Shown: piece by piece, positions 34,266 through 40,824 of the stretch
Position numbering within the stretch: position 1 is the stretch's first letter
Layout: the number at the start of each line of letters is the position of its first letter
From: an uncultured Anaerolineaceae bacterium
Lineage (GTDB): Bacteria; Chloroflexota; Anaerolineae; 4572-78
Length of the DNA stretch: 58,340 bases
Direction: 5' to 3'
Assembly: GCA_964413895.1 (NCBI GenBank)
Contig: CAYPUV010000002.1
Location: 1-58,340 of the forward strand
Position numbers and translations under genes: made by a program
Notes under the pieces: generated by a model
Seen by the model: the letters and a program-made list of their open reading frames with translations, nothing else
Told to the model about the DNA's origin: nothing
The model's database searches: none

Positions 34266-34370
34266 TGTCATTGCGAGGCGCAGTTTCTTGCGCCGAAGCA
34301 ATCCCCGGTGGCAAAAATGGTGATTGCACCCGTACGGCCATCTTCGATTTCGCTGGCGCTCGCAATGACA
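34266..34370. repeat. Structured palindromic element (about 105 nt)
   Basis: Perfect 12-bp outer stem: TGTCATTGCGAG (34266-34277) pairs with CTCGCAATGACA (34359-34370). Inner hairpins are GGCGCA/TGCGCC (34277-34294) and GCAATC/GATTGC (34298-34327). Confidence 0.75.
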
Positions 34371-34418
34371 TTTGAGCGCGTGCCCGGTCAAAACTGCTGT
34401 TTTCATTCTGATTGCAAT

Positions 34419-36155
34419 TTAAGGTGTGTAGTCTCGCAAAATGGAATTGCCAATAAACTCTCGCAAAATGGAATTATCTGGAATAATGCCGCTATCGTGA
34501 AGCGGGTCGAACCATTGCAAAAAGGAAAGCAGGCGTTTGGCTTCCCGATGTGCCGGTTTACCCGGCTCAACTTGCAGTAACAGCGGTTCTGCCAGGGGTT
34601 TCAGGGCTGCCAGTTCGTAGATCAACGCGGAGTTAAAGAGAATATCGGCGTTTTCCTGGAAAGGGAAGATCCATTTGTGTTCGCCACGGCGCACTTTTGG
34701 CCAGCGCAAAATGGTATCGGTGGCATTGTAGCCCCGGTGTGCGGCATCGCGGACAATGCGCCGCAACAGGCGGGTATCGGTGGTGGGCACGCGGTTATGA
34801 TTATCCAGGTTGAGTTGCGTCAGCGCCGATACATAAACCCTGAAGATCCGCTCCGGCGGAATTTGCGTCACCAGTGCCGGGTTCAAACCGTGGATCCCTT
34901 CGACGATAAAAATATAATCGCGGTCAACGGAAATTGTCTCTCCCCACTCGCGCTGCCCTGTGTAAAAGTTGTATTTGGGCAGGGTAATTTCTTTGCCGTT
35001 GATTAAATTCAACATTACTGTGTTAAAGAGTTCCAGATCGAGCGCGTATAGTGATTCGTAGTCGTAATCTCCATCCTCGTCCAACGGCGTTTCTCGCCGG
35101 TTGACAATGAAGTTGTCCAGGCTGATGGCCATTAATCGCAGGCCGTGTGTTCTCAGTTGAATAGCCAGACGCTTGGAAAACGTAGTTTTGCCGGATGATG
35201 AGGGTCCGGCAATTGTGACCATCCGAATGTTGCCCAGGCTGGCAATGATGGTGGCAATTTGCGCAATGCGTTGCTCGTGCAGCGCCTCTGACACTAAAAT
35301 TAGCTCACGTGCTTTATCTGTCGTGGCGACGGCGTTTAATTTGCCCACATCATACACGTCTAGCGCTTCCATCCAATGGCGGGTTTCGTTGAAGACGCTC
35401 ACCAGCTTGGGGTACTCAACAGGAGGGCGCAATTGGTTGTATGTTTTGGCGCGAGGGTATTGCAGTATGTAGCCATCGGTGTTGTAGGGTGCTACGTCAA
35501 ACAAGTTGAGGTAGCCAGTAGAGGGCACCATGTATCCCTGCATATAATCTTTTGTGCCATCAATGGTGTAGAGGGTTAAGTAATCTTTGCGCCGCGATTG
35601 CATTAATCGCAGTTTGTCATCCCATTCCTTCTGTTTAAAATACGCCTCCGCTTCTGCCACCGACACGCGCTCTTTTTCTATTGGCAGGTTGGCCTCTACC
35701 AACGCTTGCATGTGCGATTTTAGCGCTGCCAAATCACGCTCTGTTAGCGGGGGATGGTTGCTGACTTCAAAATAGAAAGCGCCAAAATTCAATCCATAAT
35801 CAATAATGATGCGAATCCCTGGAAAGAGTCTCTCGGCGGCGGCAACCAGCAACAACGACAGTGAACGACGATAAATTCGCAACCCGTCGCTGTCCGCCAG
35901 CGTGATCGGTTCAACCTCCAGATCGGTATAGGCGTGATAGCTAAGTTCTCGCATTTGTTTGTTGACCATGCAGGCAATAATGGGCGGGTCGTTCTTTGGA
36001 TAGGCTGCTTTAACAAAATTTTCTATGGTTGCGCCTTTGGGGCCTTCAAATACACGACCGTCGGCAAACGTAAGCTGAACTGTGGGGCGGGCTGTTGTTT
36101 GTTTTATGGAAATGGGCGATTCTATTTCTGGGCGATTCAGTATTTGTTGTACCAT
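34419..36155 (-). CDS. Uridine-kinase/PRK-family nucleoside kinase with an N-terminal TGS plus ThrRS-N2-like region
   Basis: ORF 34419..36326 trimmed to MVQQILN (ATG at 36155, preceded by AAAGGAAC). TGS-like segment TFADGRVFEGPKGATIENF. P-loop GPSSSGKTTFSKRL. PRK-like segment IFIVEGIHGLNP. Confidence 0.78.
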   Translation of the reverse strand: MVQQILNRPEIESPISIKQTTARPTVQLTFADGRVFEGPKGATIENFVKAAYPKNDPPIIACMVNKQMRELSYHAYTDLEVEPITLADSDGLRIYRRSLSLLLVAAAERLFPGIRIIIDYGLNFGAFYFEVSNHPPLTERDLAALKSHMQALVEANLPIEKERVSVAEAEAYFKQKEWDDKLRLMQSRRKDYLTLYTIDGTKDYMQGYMVPSTGYLNLFDVAPYNTDGYILQYPRAKTYNQLRPPVEYPKLVSVFNETRHWMEALDVYDVGKLNAVATTDKARELILVSEALHEQRIAQIATIIASLGNIRMVTIAGPSSSGKTTFSKRLAIQLRTHGLRLMAISLDNFIVNRRETPLDEDGDYDYESLYALDLELFNTVMLNLINGKEITLPKYNFYTGQREWGETISVDRDYIFIVEGIHGLNPALVTQIPPERIFRVYVSALTQLNLDNHNRVPTTDTRLLRRIVRDAAHRGYNATDTILRWPKVRRGEHKWIFPFQENADILFNSALIYELAALKPLAEPLLLQVEPGKPAHREAKRLLSFLQWFDPLHDSGIIPDNSILREFIGNSILRDYTP

Positions 36156-36191
36156 GCTGCTTGTTCCTTTACTAAAGGGGTGCAAGTGTTC

Positions 36192-36200
36192 ATTATAGCA
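36192..36200 (-). promoter_or_regulatory. Extended -10 element (TGCTATAAT) upstream of the kinase gene
   Basis: On the minus strand TGCTATAAT spans 36200-36192, about 37 nt upstream of the ATG at 36155. The -35 (TTACCT at 17 nt) is weak. Confidence 0.4.
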
Positions 36201-36242
36201 TTTTTGTGCAAAAGAGGTAAATTGAGGGAAATTCTGGGGCCG

Positions 36243-36288
36243 CGGCTGTTGCACCTGTGCCCTTTGGGTAAAGTAAATTTTAAGGTTT
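36243..36288 (-). repeat. Family A repeat core, minus orientation
   Basis: The reverse complement reads AAACCTTAAAATTTACTTTACCCAAAGGGCACAGGTGCAACAGCCG and matches 16264-16309 at 45 of 46 positions. Confidence 0.85.
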
Positions 36289-36311
36289 GTGTGGTGGTAT
36301 AATTTTGCTCC

Positions 36312-36365
36312 GTAGGGACAGAGCACTGCTCTGCCCCCTACCCATCAAAACACGCTTGACGCTGT
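36312..36365. repeat. Family C hairpin (36312-36341) plus the adjoining D motif (36342-36365)
   Basis: The near-palindrome GTAGGGACAGAGCACTGCTCTGCCCCCTAC has a second copy at 43861-43889. The D motif CCATCAAAACACGCTTGACGCTGT matches 48606-48629 at 20 of 24 positions, and the last 14 nt are identical. Confidence 0.75.
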
Positions 36366-36366
36366 G

Positions 36367-38736
36367 CTAGTTTCCAAGCCATAGCTTTTCGCCATCGGTC
36401 ACAAGCTCAACGGTTCCTTGTTTATCGGTGCGCAAAACAGAGATGCCAAAATCTGCGTAGCGCTGCAATATCTCTGGAGCGGGGTGGCCAAAGCGATTAT
36501 TTGCCCCCACTGAAATGACCACTACTTGCGGGTTGACCGCTTGCAAAAACAATGCACTTGAGCCGGTTTTGCTGCCATGGTGTGGGCTTTTTAGCACTGT
36601 TGCCTGCACGTCTTCTCCTTCAAGCAGTAGCGCTTGTTCGCCCGCCGCCTCCAGGTCACCAGAGAGCAGAAAACTAACCTGCCCCATTTGTATTTTCAAC
36701 GTCACCGAGTGATCGTTGGCTGGTTCCATCGTTTGCGTTGCGGGACCGGGGTTGAGGACATCCGCCTCAACATTGGAATCTAGCTGCAACCGCTGCTTCT
36801 GCCATGCTGTAATCGTATTTAAATGGCGGGCAGAAAGTTCACGCTGCCATGCGGTAGAAAGAGCAGATGTGCCGGACACGTCGCTCACCAGTACCGTGCC
36901 GATTGTATAGCGCTGGGCCACATCCACCAATCCGGTCAGGTGATCGGCGTCGGGGTGGGTACTCACCACAACATCCAGCGAATGATCCCAAAACGGCATT
37001 TCTTCACTCAACCGTTGCTCTAGCTGCGACGGCGAGGGGCCGCCATCAATTAACAATTGCCGACCGTGTGGCGTGGTGACCAGAATCGCGTCTCCCTGCC
37101 CCACATCCAAAAATGCAACGTGCAGCTTGCCATCGGGCAGCGAACGCGTTGCTGCCCACAAAAAGATCAACAATGCAACTGCGCCCCCAGCCGTGTAAAT
37201 TGCCCTATTCGGCGGGGCAGTACTGATGTATCGCCTGGGTGACTGTTGCTGCCGTTCGTTGAGCCACCATACACCCACCGCTAATGTAAGGTAGCTCAAG
37301 CTCATCAGCCAGAAGGGCAGAGCCGGAAAATTAAGCTGCGCCCAGCGAAATCCGGCTGTCCATTGCACCATCCAAATTGTCCAGGCCAGGGGCAGCCAGG
37401 CCAACCAGCCCAATACCGTCCCTCCCAATTGGGAGATCATTCCTACCAATGTGGCTGCGCCGCCCAGGAGCATAATTAACGGCTGCACCGGCACAATCAA
37501 TAGATTTGTCAGCAGACTCACCAAACTCAACCGCCCAAATTGATAGATGATTAACGGGGTGGTAATAACTTGCGCGGCGATTGTCACTAACATCGCTTCT
37601 TTCAACAGAGCGGAAAGCATAGTCAGTCCGCCTGTGTGCCCAAAGCTGCTCCAAATCCTTTCCGTCAAAGTCTCCAACGGCGGAACCAGCACCACCAGGC
37701 CCAGCGTGGCCAAAAAGCTAAGCTGAAATCCCACATCCCACAACGTCAGCGGGTTGGCCAGCGTCATCGCCAGCGCAGATGCAAACAGCGCATTCAGCAC
37801 GGCGTTGGGCCGGCCCAGGTACATGGCCAACACAAACAGAGCGCCCATAATGGCCGCGCGCACCACTGCCGCATCAGCACCGACCATCACTGTGTACAGC
37901 GCTACCCCGGCCAGTGCCAGCCAAGTTGCGCGTCGTCGTCCAATGAGCTTTTGCCCGGCCAGCAATAAAATCCCCACCAGCAGTGATATGTTGCTGCCAG
38001 AAATAACAATGACGTGGCTGGCGCCGGTGGCGTTGAATTGGTCATATAGGGCACGGGGAATACCGCTTTGAATGCCCAGCAAAATTCCGTTTAGTAGTCC
38101 TGCTTCCGGTTCAGACAAAATGCGATTGACGGTTTGGTGCGCATAAGCTTTAAAACGAAAAATGGCGGCTCGCAGCGAAAGCCCGTGTTGTGCGGCCAAT
38201 AGTTTAATGCGTGGGCGGCGCACAAACGAGTGAATACCTTGCCGGGCGAGGTAATCTTTGTAGGAAAATCTCTCAAAAATCGGAGGTGTTTCCAGCTTGG
38301 CATGAATCTCTAGGGTGTCACCGAACTGGTATTCTGGATAACGAGGGGCGCGTACCAGCACCAATCCTTCAACGGGACGGGGTGGCGTGTTTGGAAGGGC
38401 GATGCTTTTTGCCTGCACGCGCAAATTTGTGTAGGTGTCGCGGAGGTCTGGCTCATCAACAACGCGCGCGGTGAAGGTAACGTAATCGGTGTCATTGTAA
38501 TAGACTACATGGTCAGGGGTGATGGTTGGCTGGCTGCTCAGCAAGCGAGCCGCACCCAGCAGCAGAACAATAGCGTTGATTGCCCAGGCGCGAAATCTCG
38601 GCTGGCCACGGTAAAGCAGCAACCCGCTAATTGCTGGAATAGCCAGCAGCAGTAATGTTGTGGGGCGCGGGACGAGCCACTGTGCCAGCGCAATACCCAA
38701 TAGCCAGGCAATGGTTAGATTGACAAGCGGGGTCAT
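36367..38736 (-). CDS. comEC: DNA internalization-related competence protein ComEC/Rec2
   Basis: An N-terminal DUF4131-like region is followed by a polytopic competence domain. The C-terminal metallo-beta-lactamase domain carries FLDVGQGDA and STHPDADHLTGL. Confidence 0.88.
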   Translation of the reverse strand: MTPLVNLTIAWLLGIALAQWLVPRPTTLLLLAIPAISGLLLYRGQPRFRAWAINAIVLLLGAARLLSSQPTITPDHVVYYNDTDYVTFTARVVDEPDLRDTYTNLRVQAKSIALPNTPPRPVEGLVLVRAPRYPEYQFGDTLEIHAKLETPPIFERFSYKDYLARQGIHSFVRRPRIKLLAAQHGLSLRAAIFRFKAYAHQTVNRILSEPEAGLLNGILLGIQSGIPRALYDQFNATGASHVIVISGSNISLLVGILLLAGQKLIGRRRATWLALAGVALYTVMVGADAAVVRAAIMGALFVLAMYLGRPNAVLNALFASALAMTLANPLTLWDVGFQLSFLATLGLVVLVPPLETLTERIWSSFGHTGGLTMLSALLKEAMLVTIAAQVITTPLIIYQFGRLSLVSLLTNLLIVPVQPLIMLLGGAATLVGMISQLGGTVLGWLAWLPLAWTIWMVQWTAGFRWAQLNFPALPFWLMSLSYLTLAVGVWWLNERQQQSPRRYISTAPPNRAIYTAGGAVALLIFLWAATRSLPDGKLHVAFLDVGQGDAILVTTPHGRQLLIDGGPSPSQLEQRLSEEMPFWDHSLDVVVSTHPDADHLTGLVDVAQRYTIGTVLVSDVSGTSALSTAWQRELSARHLNTITAWQKQRLQLDSNVEADVLNPGPATQTMEPANDHSVTLKIQMGQVSFLLSGDLEAAGEQALLLEGEDVQATVLKSPHHGSKTGSSALFLQAVNPQVVVISVGANNRFGHPAPEILQRYADFGISVLRTDKQGTVELVTDGEKLWLGN

Positions 38737-38965
38737 ACACAGAGTTTAGCATAATTTTCAACGGATAGTCAAACTCTGGCACGGCTGAAATTACGCTCCA
38801 ATGAATGTACATTTTGCTTAATTGTGATAAATGTCACTAGTGGGACGTGACGCCTGCCACTGTAGATATTTCATTTTTTATGATACATTTAAATGGATTT
38901 CTGTATGCGTCAGCTGTGGAAGGAAACGTGGTGTTGCAAAGCACTACGTGGCAAATTTCTCAATG

Positions 38966-38994
38966 TTGCAACTTATACGTACAATGGATACAAT
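38966..38994 (+). promoter_or_regulatory. Sigma70-like promoter for the formate dehydrogenase operon
   Basis: -35 TTGCAA (38966-38971), 17-nt spacer, -10 TACAAT (38989-38994). It lies about 55 nt upstream of the ATG at 39051. An overlapping alternative is TTCTCA (38957-38962) with TACAAT (38980-38985). Confidence 0.45.
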
Positions 38995-39050
38995 TTTAAT
39001 TATGCACCATCCTACAATAGTTTTGCCACCCTGTACAAGGAGGTACTTTT

Positions 39051-40814
39051 ATGAAGCTACGTACCAAAAAACTGCGCGATAGGCGTGCTTCCAACGGTGA
39101 CGCGCTGGATACTCCGCCGCCGCCAGAACTTGCGTCTATTCTGGAACAGTACCGGGGACAATCAGATGCTTTGATTTCTGTTCTGGGGGAAATTCAAAAC
39201 CAGTATGGATATCTGCCACCGCAGCCCCTTAAATACGCGGCCCGCGAACTGGGCCATCCATTGAGCCGCGTCTACGGTGCAGCAACGTTTTACTCAATGT
39301 TTAACATCCAACCCCGTTCTGGCGGAACCGTGCGCGTTTGCGATGGCCCATCGTGCTGGCTCAATGGTGCCAGTGAGGTGCATACAGCCGCCAAAGAGGC
39401 ATTGGGAGAGGCGCAGGTTGTAGAGCGTTCAAGCTGCCTGGGCCTGTGCGACCATGCGCCGGCCGCGTTGATTAACATGCAACAGGGAGGGCCATTCACT
39501 CCCGACAACATCAAAGACATTCTGGCTAATCTGCAGAGCTATATAAAAAAATATACCCAGCCGCTTCCGGGCGAAAAGCGAGTGCTGTTGGCCCACGCCG
39601 GCGACATCGACCCCACCAACATCGATTCTGCATTGGCCCACGGCGCGTATCAGGGCTTGCAGGCCGCGCTCAATCGTTCCCCACAAGACATTATTGCTGA
39701 AATAGTGGCCGCTAACCTGCGCGGGCGCGGCGGCGCAGGATTCCCCGCTGGCGTAAAATGGCGCATCGTTGCCGAAGCTGCCGGTGCGGAAAAATATATT
39801 GTCTGCAACGCTGACGAATCAGAGCCGTTGGTTTTTAAAGACCGCGTGCTCATTGACAACAATCCGCATTTAATTTTGGAAGGAATGGCCATTGCCGCCT
39901 ATGCCACCGGTGCGCAAACAGGCTACATTTACATTCGCGGGGAATACGAGGCGCAAGCCGTATTGCTGGCACAAGCCATTCAGCAAGCAGAAGCGCACGG
40001 CTGGCTCGGTGAAGGCATCGGCGGCTCAGATTTTTCATTCCACGTCCACGTGCACCGGGGTGCGGGCGCTTACATTTGCGGCGAAGAAACCGCGCTCCTC
40101 GAATCACTGGAGGGGTATCGCGGCGAACCACGTCTGCGGCCCCCCTATCCTCCCACAAGCGGCTACAAAAACGCCCCCACCGCAGTGAATAATGTTGAAA
40201 CGTTTGCCAATGTACCCGGTATTCTAGTGCATGGGGCAGACTGGTACAATGCGCTCAGCGATGGCGAAAGCGCCGGGACAAAACTGTACACGCTGTTGGG
40301 GCACGTCAACAATCCCGGCTTGTTTGAAGCCCCTTTTGGCCTGACCCTGCGCCAGATCATCGCGGAATTTGGCGGTGGAATGTTGCCTGGCTCTACCCTT
40401 AATTGCGCGCTGACAGGCGGGGCAGCCGGAACCATCATCCCCCCAGATTTTCTGGATGTGCCCATTGATTACGCCTCGGTAAAACAAGGCGTGTCACTGG
40501 GAGCGGGCGCTTTTCTGGTATGTGATGAATCAATCTCGCCGGTGGCACTGCTGCGGGAACTACTGCACTTTTTTGAAAACGAATCGTGTGGCAAGTGTAC
40601 CCCCTGCCGCATCGGCACGCGCCGGGCACGCCAAATTTTAGACCGGTTGCAAGACGGCAAAGGACATCCCGGCGACGTGCAAATGTTAACGACACTGGCT
40701 CACACATTGCGGAGCGCTTCGTTTTGTGGGCTGGGGCAGGGTGCAGCAATCCCGATGATTTCGGCGCTATCTCACTTTGCCGACAGATTTTCGGCAGCAG
40801 AAAAATCTAATTGA
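39051..40814 (+). CDS. NAD-dependent formate dehydrogenase / NADH dehydrogenase flavoprotein subunit: fused NuoE-like [2Fe-2S] and NuoF-like FMN/[4Fe-4S] domains
   Basis: AAGGAGG RBS. NuoE-type cysteines in VCDGPSCWL and CLGLCDHAP. NuoF motifs GRGGAGFPAGVKW and ESCGKCTPCRIG. Confidence 0.88.
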   Translation: MKLRTKKLRDRRASNGDALDTPPPPELASILEQYRGQSDALISVLGEIQNQYGYLPPQPLKYAARELGHPLSRVYGAATFYSMFNIQPRSGGTVRVCDGPSCWLNGASEVHTAAKEALGEAQVVERSSCLGLCDHAPAALINMQQGGPFTPDNIKDILANLQSYIKKYTQPLPGEKRVLLAHAGDIDPTNIDSALAHGAYQGLQAALNRSPQDIIAEIVAANLRGRGGAGFPAGVKWRIVAEAAGAEKYIVCNADESEPLVFKDRVLIDNNPHLILEGMAIAAYATGAQTGYIYIRGEYEAQAVLLAQAIQQAEAHGWLGEGIGGSDFSFHVHVHRGAGAYICGEETALLESLEGYRGEPRLRPPYPPTSGYKNAPTAVNNVETFANVPGILVHGADWYNALSDGESAGTKLYTLLGHVNNPGLFEAPFGLTLRQIIAEFGGGMLPGSTLNCALTGGAAGTIIPPDFLDVPIDYASVKQGVSLGAGAFLVCDESISPVALLRELLHFFENESCGKCTPCRIGTRRARQILDRLQDGKGHPGDVQMLTTLAHTLRSASFCGLGQGAAIPMISALSHFADRFSAAEKSN

Positions 40815-40824
40815 GGAGCGTACA

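Noticed and set aside
38737-39050. A Moco or other riboswitch upstream of the formate dehydrogenase operon.
   Set aside because: The predicted leader is only about 55 nt. I could not find the conserved Moco-motif stems or loops by eye. The region is better explained as a promoter/operator. A covariance-model scan would be needed to be sure.
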